Part shown: positions 9,111-18,197 of the stretch, piece after piece
Position numbering within the stretch: the stretch's first letter is position 1
Layout: every line of letters starts with the position of its first letter
Origin: Vicinamibacterales bacterium
GTDB lineage: Bacteria > Acidobacteriota > Vicinamibacteria > Vicinamibacterales > CAVVIG01
Length of the DNA stretch: 64,000 nucleotides
Assembly (NCBI GenBank): GCA_036848175.1
Contig: DAIUKO010000002.1
Coordinates: forward strand, 886-64,885
Direction: 5' to 3'
Made by a program: the position numbers and the translations under genes
The notes under the pieces: model-generated
Database searches by the model: none
Seen by the model: the letters and a program-made list of their open reading frames with translations, nothing else
Told to the model about the DNA's origin: nothing

Positions 9111-12100
9111 TCAATGCGCCGGTGCGTCGGCCTTGTGTCTGAGGCCTTTCCATCCCTCCTCGAACAGCGTGTAAACCGTCGGCACCAGGACGAGCGTGAT
9201 GAGCAGCGACGTCGTCAGTCCGCCGATGACGACGCGCGCGAGCGGCACCTGCAGCTCGCTGCCTTCGCCGATGCCGAGTGACATCGGCACCAGGCCGAGC
9301 GCCGTCGCGATCGACGTCATCAGAATCGGCCGCAGCCGCGTGCGGCCGGCCGTTTCGACTGCCTCTCGCAGCGGCAGGCCGTCGCGTCGTCTGAGGACGT
9401 TGGTGTAATCCACGAGCAGGATGCCGTTGCTGACGACGATGCCGGCGAGCATGATGATGCCGATGTAGGCCTGCATGTTGAACGACGTGCCCGTCAGCTT
9501 GAGCGCCAGCACCACGCCGATCGCCGCGGTCGGCACCGAGAACATGATGATGAACGGATCGCGCAGCGACTCGTACTGCGACGCCATCACGGCGTAGACG
9601 AGGATGAGCGCGAGGATGAGCACCATACGGAGCTGATTGAATGCCTTTGCCTGTTCCTCGACTTCGGCGCCGAAGCCGACGCTGAAATCCTGCGAGACGC
9701 CGAGCTGGGGCAGCCGATCCTGCACCGCCTGCACCGCGTCGCTCAGCGTCGCTTCCGGTTCGGCGCTGACGGTGACAATCCGCTGCTGGTTCTTGCGCTC
9801 GATCTGAACCGGCCCCGTTTCGTTCTCCACGTGCACCAGGTTCTTCGCGGGCGTCGCCTGCCCGCTGGTCGTGTTGACCAGCACGTCCCCGACGTCGCTC
9901 ACCGCCTGCCGCTCTTCTTCGCGCAGACGCACCACGATGGGGTACTCGTTGCCGTGCTCGCGGTACATCGCCGCCTGCGTACCGGCGACGTTGGTCCGAA
10001 TCGTGTTCGCGATGCTGGTGACGGTCAGGCCGAGCAGCGCCGCCTTCGGACGATCGACGCGGACCGCCAGCTCGGGCCGGCCTTCATCGCGGCCGACGCG
10101 CGCGTCGGCGACACCGGGCGTGCTGTCCATCAACGTTTTTGCGCCCTGCGCGAGGCGCCGCGCTTCGCCGAGATCCTCGCCGCGAATCTCGAGCGCGAGA
10201 CGGCCACCGAAGTTGTTGTTGCCGCCGCCGGACAGGAAGCGGTTCATCTGGTTGTTACCGCCCGACGCGTTGGCGCGGATGACCACGCCCGGCAGGCCCG
10301 ACAACTCGCGGCGAAGCTGCATCGCGATCTGCTCGCTCGATCGCTTCCGCTCGTCCTTCGGCGTCAACATGATCTGAATCTGTCCGCGATGGCCGGCGCC
10401 GCCGCCCGGGCCGCCGAATCCGGGCCCCTGACCGCTGCCGCCCTGCACGATGAACGTTCGCGCCTCTGGAACGAGCGTGGGGAGCATCTGTTCGAGACGG
10501 GCCAGCACCGCGTCGGTCCGCTCGACACGTGTGCCGATCGCGAGCTCGACGTTGACGTTCACCTGGCCCTCGTCGGTTTGCGTCGAGAACTCGGTCGGAA
10601 TCGTCGGCAGGATCACGATCGCCGCGACGACCGACGCGAGGCTCAGCCCGATGACCGACGGACGGTGGGCGAGCGCGAGATGAATCAAGCGGCGGTAGCC
10701 CTCGTCCAACCCGTTCAGCATCCGCTCGCTGAAGGTGTAGAGATAGCCGCCGAAGCCCGATCGTTTCTCGGGCGGCGGCGGCAGCACCAGCAGCTTCGAG
10801 CAGAGCACCGGCACCAGCGTCACCGCGACGAAGAGCGACATCAGCAGCGAGAAGACGACGACGACCGACAGCTGCCGGAACATGATGCTCGACACGCCGG
10901 TCAGGAAGAGCAGCGGCACGAAGACGGCGATGTGCGTGAGGATCGACGCGAGAATCGCCGACCAGACCTCCTCGCTGCCGTCGATCGACGCCGTCATCCG
11001 ATCCTTCCCGTGGTGCTCCATGTGCCGGAACGAGTTCTCGAGCACGACGATCGCGGCGTCCACGATCATGCCGACGCCGAGGGCCAGCCCGCCGAACGTC
11101 ATCGTGTTGAGCGTCATCCCGGAGAAGTAGAGCAGCGCGAAGGTGCCGACGACGGAGATCGGAATCGAGGTGCAGACGATGAGCGTCGATCGGAAGTTGC
11201 GCAGGAACATGAAGATGACGACGATGACCAGGATCGAGCCGATCATCACGTGCTCTTTGACCGCGTTGATCGATCGCTCGATGAAGCGGGCGCTGTCGTC
11301 GATCACTGTCAGCTGCACGCCCGGGATTTCGCGGTTGATGCGCTCGATTTCGGCGCGCACGAGCTGGGCGATCTGCACCGTGTTGGTGCCCGACTGCTTC
11401 TGGACGTTCATCCGGACGCCGGGCCGGCCGTTGATGCGCAGCACCGAGCGGACGTCCTCGGTCCCGTCCTTCACCTCGGCGATGTCCTTCATGTAGACCG
11501 GGACGTTGTTTTTGGTGAGGATGACGAGATCGCGGATCTGGTTGAGGTCCGAGAATTGTCCCTGGCTCCGAACCAGGTACGTCATGTCGCCGCGATAGAT
11601 CTCCCCGAGCGGGATGTTCTGGTTTTCCGTCTTGAGAATGCTGACGACGCGATCCACCGACAGATCGAGCGCCTGAATCTTCTCCTTGGACAGCTCGACG
11701 TGGATCTGACGGCGGAGACCGCCGTTGACCGTCACGGAGGCGACGCCCGGGACGCGCTCGAGCCGCGGGGACAGGATGTTCTCGCCCATCTCGCGCAGCG
11801 TCACGCGGTCGTAGTTCCCCTCGACGCCGATCCCCATGATCGGTTGTGAGTTCGAGTCGAACTTGAAGATCGTCGGCGGATCGGCGTCCTCGGGCAGGCG
11901 ATTGCGGACGCGATCGATGCGCGTCCGCATGTCGTTCATCGCCTCGCTCAGATCGGTCCCCCACGTGAAGTTGAGGCGGAGATTGCTGTTGCCCTCAGAC
12001 GACGTCGAGTTGAGCTGTTCGAGACCGGCCGTGGCGCTCAATGCCTGCTCGAGCGGCCGCGTGATGAGCTCTTCCATCTCCAGCGGTCCGACGCCGGGAT

Positions 12101-12251
12101 AGTTCATGCGCACGGTAATGGTCGGCTGCTGGATGTCGGGCAGCAGATCGACCGGCAGCCGCGTGAGCGAGATCGCGCCCAGCAGGATGACGATCGAGCT
12201 GATCATCGCCATCATGATCGGCCGATGGATCGCGAAGCGAGGGATGCTCAT
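9111..12251 (-). CDS. RND efflux permease (second copy, AcrB/CzcA superfamily)
   Basis: 1046-aa ORF. MSIPRFAIHRPIMMAMISSIVILLGAISLTRLPVDLLPDIQQPTITV shows typical RND topology. It is a diverged paralog of 838-3966. Confidence 0.95.
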   Translation of the reverse strand: MSIPRFAIHRPIMMAMISSIVILLGAISLTRLPVDLLPDIQQPTITVRMNYPGVGPLEMEELITRPLEQALSATAGLEQLNSTSSEGNSNLRLNFTWGTDLSEAMNDMRTRIDRVRNRLPEDADPPTIFKFDSNSQPIMGIGVEGNYDRVTLREMGENILSPRLERVPGVASVTVNGGLRRQIHVELSKEKIQALDLSVDRVVSILKTENQNIPLGEIYRGDMTYLVRSQGQFSDLNQIRDLVILTKNNVPVYMKDIAEVKDGTEDVRSVLRINGRPGVRMNVQKQSGTNTVQIAQLVRAEIERINREIPGVQLTVIDDSARFIERSINAVKEHVMIGSILVIVVIFMFLRNFRSTLIVCTSIPISVVGTFALLYFSGMTLNTMTFGGLALGVGMIVDAAIVVLENSFRHMEHHGKDRMTASIDGSEEVWSAILASILTHIAVFVPLLFLTGVSSIMFRQLSVVVVFSLLMSLFVAVTLVPVLCSKLLVLPPPPEKRSGFGGYLYTFSERMLNGLDEGYRRLIHLALAHRPSVIGLSLASVVAAIVILPTIPTEFSTQTDEGQVNVNVELAIGTRVERTDAVLARLEQMLPTLVPEARTFIVQGGSGQGPGFGGPGGGAGHRGQIQIMLTPKDERKRSSEQIAMQLRRELSGLPGVVIRANASGGNNQMNRFLSGGGNNNFGGRLALEIRGEDLGEARRLAQGAKTLMDSTPGVADARVGRDEGRPELAVRVDRPKAALLGLTVTSIANTIRTNVAGTQAAMYREHGNEYPIVVRLREEERQAVSDVGDVLVNTTSGQATPAKNLVHVENETGPVQIERKNQQRIVTVSAEPEATLSDAVQAVQDRLPQLGVSQDFSVGFGAEVEEQAKAFNQLRMVLILALILVYAVMASQYESLRDPFIIMFSVPTAAIGVVLALKLTGTSFNMQAYIGIIMLAGIVVSNGILLVDYTNVLRRRDGLPLREAVETAGRTRLRPILMTSIATALGLVPMSLGIGEGSELQVPLARVVIGGLTTSLLITLVLVPTVYTLFEEGWKGLRHKADAPAH

Positions 12252-12260
12252 GCGCTCTCC

Positions 12261-12295
12261 CGACTAATGACCAACGACCAACGACCCATGACCAT
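12261..12295. repeat. Heptamer tandem array (cgactaa tgaccaa cgaccaa cgaccca tgaccat) filling the MFP-RND spacer
   Basis: Read directly. It occupies most of the 43-nt intercistronic spacer. Confidence 0.55.
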
Positions 12296-13617
12296 TACGA
12301 TTGACCCGATCGACCGCGTCCGCCGCCCTGGCGGCCGCCGCGGCCCTGGCCACCCTGTCCGCCTGGTCCGCCGGGGTGCTCGCCGCCCTGACGCTGGCCA
12401 GGCAGCACGATCTTGTCCCCTTCGCGCAGCGCGGCGGCGCCGGTCGTCACGATCCGCTCGCCTTCGGCCAATCCGCTGGCGATCTCGACGTGCTGCTCAT
12501 CGGTGAGACCGATCGTCACAGGCTTGAACTTCGCGGTGTCGCCGTTCGGCTGGAAGACGCCGCGGCTGCCCTGGACGTCGACGAGCGCGTTGGCCGGAAT
12601 CACCAGCGTGTTGGGCCGCTGCTCGACCGTGAAGTTCACGCGTGCATACATGCCCGGCTTCAGCCGGAACTGTGGGTTTTCGATCTCGATTTCGATCTGC
12701 GCCGTCCGCGTCGACGGATCGAGCACGGGCGAGACGCGCGCGATGCGGCCGCGGAAGGTCTCGTTCGGGAACGCGTCGACCTCGACGTCGGCGCGCTGTC
12801 CCGCCGAGATCCGCCGGAGATCCTTCTCGACGATGTTCGCGACCAGACGAACCTTACTGATATCGACCACTGACAGCAGCGCGGAGTTCGGCGTCACCCA
12901 GGCGCCCGCATCGAGAGTTCGCTTGCCGATGAACCCGTTGACCGGCGACGTGATCACCGTGTTGGCCAGATTGATCTTCAGCTCATCGAGCCGCGCCTGT
13001 GACTGCGAGTGCTGCGCTTTGGCCAGGTCGAGTTGTGCCGAGGCCGCTTGAAAACGCGCCTCGGCGTCATCGAACGTCTGCTTCGGGATCAGCTGGCGCT
13101 CGAAGAGGTTCTTGGATCGGTCGAGATTGGTTTGCGCGAAGCGCAGGTCTGCTTCGCGCTGGCGGATCGTCGCCGCCGACACTTCGAACGACGCCTGCGC
13201 CTGCCGTACCTGCTCCTGCAGCTCGCGGTCTTCGATCTTCGCGAGCGTCTGTCCACGCTGCACTCGATCGCCGAGCCGAACGCTGATGCTGTCGAGACGG
13301 CCGGCGACCTTGGGCACGGCCTCGACGGTTGCTTCGCCGATCAGATTGCCGACGACGGTGAGATGCTCCGCCATGTCGGCGCGCTTCACGGCGCCAAGCT
13401 CGACGCTCATCGGCAGACGCGGTCCGCCGAAGCCGCCGCCGAAACCGCCGAAGCCGCCGCCGCCGAATCCGCCGCCGCCGCCACCGCGGCGCGCAGCACC
13501 GGGCGTCGCGGCCGCAGCAGACGGCGACCCGGCTTCCGCGGTGCTGCGGCGCAGGTAGTAGTACGCGCCTGCGCCGATGCCCGCGAGGATGACGACAACG
13601 ACAAGAGCTCGCTTCAT
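12295..13617 (-). CDS. RND efflux periplasmic adaptor (MFP) with poly-Gly/Phe N-proximal segment and Gly/Arg/Gln tail
   Basis: 440-aa ORF with signal anchor MKRALVVVVILAGIGAGAYYYL, then RRGGGGGGFGGGGFGGFGGGFGG, a typical MFP core (ITSPVNGFIGKR) and the tail GGPGGQGGQGRGGRQGGGRGRSGQS. Confidence 0.9.
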   Translation of the reverse strand: MKRALVVVVILAGIGAGAYYYLRRSTAEAGSPSAAAATPGAARRGGGGGGFGGGGFGGFGGGFGGPRLPMSVELGAVKRADMAEHLTVVGNLIGEATVEAVPKVAGRLDSISVRLGDRVQRGQTLAKIEDRELQEQVRQAQASFEVSAATIRQREADLRFAQTNLDRSKNLFERQLIPKQTFDDAEARFQAASAQLDLAKAQHSQSQARLDELKINLANTVITSPVNGFIGKRTLDAGAWVTPNSALLSVVDISKVRLVANIVEKDLRRISAGQRADVEVDAFPNETFRGRIARVSPVLDPSTRTAQIEIEIENPQFRLKPGMYARVNFTVEQRPNTLVIPANALVDVQGSRGVFQPNGDTAKFKPVTIGLTDEQHVEIASGLAEGERIVTTGAAALREGDKIVLPGQRQGGEHPGGPGGQGGQGRGGRQGGGRGRSGQS

Positions 13618-13636
13618 GTGCGTTCGGTACCGCCTC

Positions 13637-15364
13637 TTATTGACCGCCGCCTCCCTGCCCGCCGCCGCCGGTGCGCGGTGTGGTCGTGCCGACGCCGCCG
13701 GCGGCGTTGAGAATCGTCACGTTGAGGTTCTGCAGCGTCGTCTGCTGCAGGCGCTCGAACTCGACGAGCGATTTGCGGTAATTGAGAATTTGCCGCAGCT
13801 CGGAGTTGCGCGCGTCGTTCAGGTCGCGCTGCGCCTGCACGACGAAGTAGTTCGTCGACATGCCGACTTCGAACTTGCTCTGCTCGGCTTCGAGCTTCTT
13901 TTCGGCGAGCTCGCGCGCCGCCTGCGCCGCCTGCACCGCCTCGCCGTTGTTCTGAACGCTGATCGCCGCGTTGGTCACATCCGTCGCGACCTGCAGCTCG
14001 ATCTGCTTCATCTGCGCCTGCACCTGATTCAACTGCACCCGCGCGCGCGCCACCGACGCCTCCTGCGAGCTGAGGCCGAGCGGGTACGACATGTTCAGTG
14101 AGACGGTCCATCGCGGGTAGGCATTGCGGAACAGCGAGCCGAACGCGTCGCCGATGCCGCCGGGAACCGTCACGAACGGGCTGCCGAGCTGTGTGACGTC
14201 GCGCTGCAGATACGGTCCACCGATGCCGGCGAGCCCGTAGGTCGCCTGCATATCGATCTGCGGCTTCATCTGGTCCTGCAGAAACTTCAGCGTCACGTCG
14301 TTGCCTTGCATGTTCTTCTGCGCGATCGCGAGGTCGGTGCGCTCGCTGAGCGCGCGACGGACGGCCGCCTCGATATCGATCGGTTCGGGACGGAAGTCCG
14401 GCAGATCGATCGGCTTGATCTCGGCGTTCCAGTTCACGTCCTGCGTGCCGGCCACGATCAACCGCTTCAGCGCCAGCTCGGTGGTGCGCTTGGCCGACTG
14501 CGCCGTGACCAGCTGCTGGCGCCGCGTCGCCTGCTCCGATTGCGCCTGCACGACGTCGATCGGCGCCATCGTGCCGACCTCGACGCGCGTCTGGTTGTCC
14601 TGGACGAGCTTGCTCGCAAGGTCGAGCGACTGCTGTGCCACTTCGACCGCCTGGGTGGCGAACACGTAGTCCCAATAGGCGTTGCGGACGTTCGACAGGG
14701 TGTTGGTAATGGTCGCGCGGAGCTGGACGTCCGAGATGTCGCCGCTGATCTTGGTCACCTGCAGCTGCTGGCGCGTCGAGTCGATGCGGAAGTTCCGAAG
14801 CAGCGGCTGCGTGTAGATGCCGCTCCACGTCGAAGTGAACGAGGGATTGAACAGCGCGTTGTTGCTGTTGCTCGTGCCGCGGCTGTTGTTCAGCGTCACT
14901 TGGACCGAGCCGCCGCCCCACGGCACGCTCTGGGCGATGCCGCCGTTGTACTGCAGCTGGTTGGTGTTGGTGCCCTGGCCGCCCGAGGACAACTGCAGCA
15001 GGCTCTGCGGCACGCCATTGTTCGAAGCCTGACTCACGAAGGACGTGAGCGCGGGGTGGTAGATGGACTTGATGCTCGCGTACGCGATGTCGTTGATCTG
15101 CGGATTCAACCGCTGAACCGCGATGTCGAGATTGCGATCGAGCGCGAACTTCACCGCATCGTCGAGCGATATCTCCACGACCGCCCGATTCTGGCCGGCG
15201 GCGGCCTGCCGCGGGTCGACCGCCGTCTCGGTCTGACCGGTCTTCTGCGCCGCCTCTTTGATCAGCTCGTGTATGCGAGCCTCGGAGATCTGCGCACTCG
15301 CGGAGGACGTCACACCCGCACACGCGAGCGCCAAGAGCGTCAGAATCGTTCGGTTCCGTCTCAT
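13637..15364 (-). CDS. tolC: TolC-family outer membrane efflux protein
   Basis: Two OEP repeats. Signal peptide MRRNRTILTLLALACAGVTSSASAQ begins at Met22 of the track ORF. That ATG (15364) overlaps the upstream stop as ATGA, so I prefer 15364 over 15427. Confidence 0.9.
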   Translation of the reverse strand: MRRNRTILTLLALACAGVTSSASAQISEARIHELIKEAAQKTGQTETAVDPRQAAAGQNRAVVEISLDDAVKFALDRNLDIAVQRLNPQINDIAYASIKSIYHPALTSFVSQASNNGVPQSLLQLSSGGQGTNTNQLQYNGGIAQSVPWGGGSVQVTLNNSRGTSNSNNALFNPSFTSTWSGIYTQPLLRNFRIDSTRQQLQVTKISGDISDVQLRATITNTLSNVRNAYWDYVFATQAVEVAQQSLDLASKLVQDNQTRVEVGTMAPIDVVQAQSEQATRRQQLVTAQSAKRTTELALKRLIVAGTQDVNWNAEIKPIDLPDFRPEPIDIEAAVRRALSERTDLAIAQKNMQGNDVTLKFLQDQMKPQIDMQATYGLAGIGGPYLQRDVTQLGSPFVTVPGGIGDAFGSLFRNAYPRWTVSLNMSYPLGLSSQEASVARARVQLNQVQAQMKQIELQVATDVTNAAISVQNNGEAVQAAQAARELAEKKLEAEQSKFEVGMSTNYFVVQAQRDLNDARNSELRQILNYRKSLVEFERLQQTTLQNLNVTILNAAGGVGTTTPRTGGGGQGGGGQ

Positions 15365-15822
15365 TGCCTGCCTCTCCCTTGCTTGTCGTTGTCCCCTCGC
15401 GGGGGACGCTGATGATCCTTTTCCCACTGGTCGTGAATCTTGTTGAGTTTCACGCGCTGCTCCGGCGTCAGGACCTGACGCATGTGCAATAGCATCAGCG
15501 TCCGCGTTTTGTTCAGGTGCGCGCGAAGCTCCTCAACCTTGTCGACTTGCCTGACCACAACCGCCTCGTCGGCGTTGGCGGCGATCAGCCGCGACAGCTC
15601 CTCTTCCTGCTGATCCAACTCGGTTTTTTTGGCGCGAAGCTTCGTGATCGTGGGCTGGAAGACGTTTTCAATCCGTGCCGTTTGTTCCGCGGTGAGCGCG
15701 AGATCACGCTGAAACTGCGGATCCCGCCACCAGGGGAATCCGAACGATTGTGCGTGAACCCCGGTCGCCAGCGCCAGTGAGAAAAGGATGGCAACCGACC
15801 CCGAACGCCACGTTGGACTCAT
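15361..15822 (-). CDS. Periplasmic Spy/CpxP-family (LTXXQ motif) protein
   Basis: Two LTXXQ motifs (LTAEQ, LTPEQ) and signal peptide MSPTWRSGSVAILFSLALATGVHAQ from Met25 of the track ORF. AGAGG lies about 8 nt upstream of that ATG. Confidence 0.7.
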   Translation of the reverse strand: MSPTWRSGSVAILFSLALATGVHAQSFGFPWWRDPQFQRDLALTAEQTARIENVFQPTITKLRAKKTELDQQEEELSRLIAANADEAVVVRQVDKVEELRAHLNKTRTLMLLHMRQVLTPEQRVKLNKIHDQWEKDHQRPPRGDNDKQGRGRQ

Positions 15823-15850
15823 GCGTAAACCTCTGAAAAAACTGTTACTT

Positions 15851-15885
15851 GAGGGATTACGACGCGCCTCTGCCGGGCATTTCGC
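15851..15885 (-). promoter_or_regulatory. Candidate ECF-sigma-type promoter of the efflux operon (CGAAAT-N17-CGTAATCCCTC)
   Basis: Gene-orientation sequence is ggcGAAATgcccggcagaggcgcgtCGTAATCCCTC, 33 nt upstream of ATG 15822. A 15/16-nt block is shared with 18888-18902. Confidence 0.35.
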
Positions 15886-16073
15886 CAGAGACATCTTTTT
15901 ACGTCAGGCAGGCGCCGAAGGCGGCGTTGAAACGGTCGGCAAGAGAGTCCAGTGCGGACGCCGCCGAGGCATCCACGCGGCCGCGAGCAGCAGGGATCTG
16001 CTTATTCGCAGCAACGAGTTTCCGTCGACGCGTTCCCGAGGTCGGAAAGCGGCGCCGACAGGCTGATCGCGAG

Positions 16074-16089
16074 TGGCACCGCGGTTGCT
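16074..16089 (+). promoter_or_regulatory. Candidate sigma54 (-24/-12) promoter TGGCACcgcggTTGCT
   Basis: Matches the TGGCAC-N5-TTGCW consensus at every specified base. It is intergenic, in the correct orientation, and 14 nt upstream of ATG 16103. Confidence 0.45.
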
Positions 16090-16102
16090 CGGGACCTCGA
16101 GT

Positions 16103-16360
16103 ATGCGACCGATGTTTCTCGCGTGGTTGACGCTGGCGTTCCTGCTCTTCGCTCTGGGTCGGCTGTCGCACGCGGGCGACCAGATGGAAGTCGCGGGGTT
16201 CATCAATTCGACCGCCCAGGAAGCCGATGAAGGATACTTCGCGGTGGGCAGCGATGCGATGGTCGTGGTGAAGCAGGGCAGCGGGTTGCAGCGCTGGCTC
16301 AAAAGCCACGGCGGACAGCGGATCCGGCTGATTCTCGCTCCTGACGGGACGTCGAACTAA
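16103..16360 (+). CDS. Small secreted hypothetical protein (85 aa from ATG 16103)
   Basis: Signal-peptide-like MRPMFLAWLTLAFLLFALGRLSHAGD and high third-position GC. The track start 16073 would include the sigma54-like element. The stop overlaps the ispH stop convergently. Confidence 0.55.
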   Translation: MRPMFLAWLTLAFLLFALGRLSHAGDQMEVAGFINSTAQEADEGYFAVGSDAMVVVKQGSGLQRWLKSHGGQRIRLILAPDGTSN

Positions 16361-17541
16361 ATCGGGTTCTCCCCGCAGAACTCGGCCAGCCTGGCAACGG
16401 TCGCCCCGACGAGGTTGTCCGGTGTCGAGGCCCCTGACGTGAGGCCAATCCTCACAGCCCCTTCCGCCGGCAGCCATCCCGTCGTCGTCGTTTCCTCTTT
16501 CGAACCGATCGGCCGGTGCCGAATCTCCTGGGCCGACAGGAGACAGTCTGGATCGGCGATGTGGAACGTCGGACGCGAGCCGGCGCAGATCCGCGCGAGG
16601 TTCGTCGTGTTGCTGCTGTTGTAGCCGCCGATGACGATCATCAGGTCGACCGGTTTGTCGCGGAGCAGCGCGACAACCGCATCCTGGCGATCCTGCGTGG
16701 CGCTGCAGATCGTGTCGAACGCCTGGTAGTGTTCGGCGAGGTTGGCCTCGCCGTACCGTTCGACGATCGCGGCCCGGATGATCTCGCCGATTTCGAGCGA
16801 CTCCGACATCAGCATCGTCGTCTGATTCGCGAGGCCGATGCGCTGGAGGTCGCGTTCGAACTCGAAGCCGGGAGAGACGGCGTTCGCGAAGCGCGCGGTC
16901 AGATCGCCGGCCGTGCGACGTCCGCGAATGTGGTCGCACACCAGTTCGGTTTCGGTGCGATCGAGGACGACCAGGTATCTGCCGCCGTACTGGACAGCCT
17001 GTGACGCGGTCGCCTGTGTCTCCTCGTGCCAGACCTTGCCGTGAATGATCGACGTGTAGCCGCCTTCGGCATAGCGCCGGACGTTCTTCCAGACGTTCAG
17101 CACCGACCCGCACGTCGTGTCCACCAGCGTACACCCGCGCCGATCAAGGCGCTCGAGCATCGCGGACGTGACGCCGAAGGCGGGGAGGATCACCACGTCG
17201 TTGGCGCCGAGCCGATCGATGGCGCCAGGATCGTCGCTCAGGAAGCGCACGCTCATCATGCGCAGCTTCTCGTTGACGTGGGGGTTGTGGATGATCTCGC
17301 CGGTGAGATAGACGTCACGATCCGGAAACCGCTCGCGGGTCTGGTAGGCGTAGTCGACCGCGCGATCGACGCCGTAGCAGAAGCCGAACTCGCGAGCGAG
17401 GTGCAGCGTCAGGCGCCCGGAGCGAAACGTGAAGTCCTCGGCCTTGATCCGATCGACGAGCGTGCTGTGATAGCTGTCGGCGAGCATGCCGGCGACGGCA
17501 TGCTTCAGATCGAGGCCCTTGCGGAAGACAAGTGACGGCAT
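16357..17541 (-). CDS. ispH: 4-hydroxy-3-methylbut-2-enyl diphosphate reductase (long-form IspH/LytB)
   Basis: Motifs GFCYGVDRAV, GEIIHNPHVN, TTCGSVLNVW and VIGGYNSSNTTNL. The 394-aa length resembles cyanobacterial-type LytB. Confidence 0.93.
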   Translation of the reverse strand: MPSLVFRKGLDLKHAVAGMLADSYHSTLVDRIKAEDFTFRSGRLTLHLAREFGFCYGVDRAVDYAYQTRERFPDRDVYLTGEIIHNPHVNEKLRMMSVRFLSDDPGAIDRLGANDVVILPAFGVTSAMLERLDRRGCTLVDTTCGSVLNVWKNVRRYAEGGYTSIIHGKVWHEETQATASQAVQYGGRYLVVLDRTETELVCDHIRGRRTAGDLTARFANAVSPGFEFERDLQRIGLANQTTMLMSESLEIGEIIRAAIVERYGEANLAEHYQAFDTICSATQDRQDAVVALLRDKPVDLMIVIGGYNSSNTTNLARICAGSRPTFHIADPDCLLSAQEIRHRPIGSKEETTTTGWLPAEGAVRIGLTSGASTPDNLVGATVARLAEFCGENPI

Positions 17542-17558
17542 CAGGACTCGGCCTGATC

Positions 17559-18197
17559 TTACCGTCGATCGTAGATTTCGCGAACGTGAGGCGTGAACGC
17601 GTCGAAGGCGAGCAGCTCACGGGTGTGCGGCCGCTCGAGCGCGACTTCGAGGTCCGACAGAAACGCATCATCCTCGGCGACTGCGGCCTGATTGCTGCCG
17701 CGCGTCGCCACCGGCGCGAGGTATGCGGGCCGCGACGCGTCGGCGCTCCGCGCGACCGACGGCCGCGAGGAATGCAGGAGCGGATTCCATTCGTACGATG
17801 CGCCGAGGGCCACGCCGATGAACAAACCGGCCGCCGCCGCCGCGGCAATCCACCGCGGCGCGGTCCGGCCCGCCGAAGCCGTGATCGTTCGGCGCACGAG
17901 GCGACCGGGGAAGCTGATGACGCGCGCGGGGCGACCGACTTGTTCGAGACGACGCACGATCTGCTGGTGTTGGGCGCGCAGCCTCTCGGGTGTGAACACC
18001 GCATTCGCCTCGGACTCGCCGTCAGTGCGGACCGACTCCATGAATCGCACGAGGTCCGCGTAGCGCTCGCTGCACGACGCACAGTCGGTCAGGTGTTCGG
18101 CCGCCGGCGGATCGATCAACTCGCCGCTGCGCTCGGTGAGGTAACACTCGAAGAGCCGTTCGTCCTGGAGATGATACGGATGCCCGGGGAGGATCAC
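17559..18197 (-). CDS. Anti-sigma factor, ZAS type (HxxxCxxC), single TM
   Basis: HLTDCASCSERY zinc-binding motif and a central hydrophobic helix (WIAAAAAAGLFIGVALGA). The start overlaps the stop of the ECF sigma gene. Confidence 0.7.
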   Translation of the reverse strand: MILPGHPYHLQDERLFECYLTERSGELIDPPAAEHLTDCASCSERYADLVRFMESVRTDGESEANAVFTPERLRAQHQQIVRRLEQVGRPARVISFPGRLVRRTITASAGRTAPRWIAAAAAAGLFIGVALGASYEWNPLLHSSRPSVARSADASRPAYLAPVATRGSNQAAVAEDDAFLSDLEVALERPHTRELLAFDAFTPHVREIYDRR

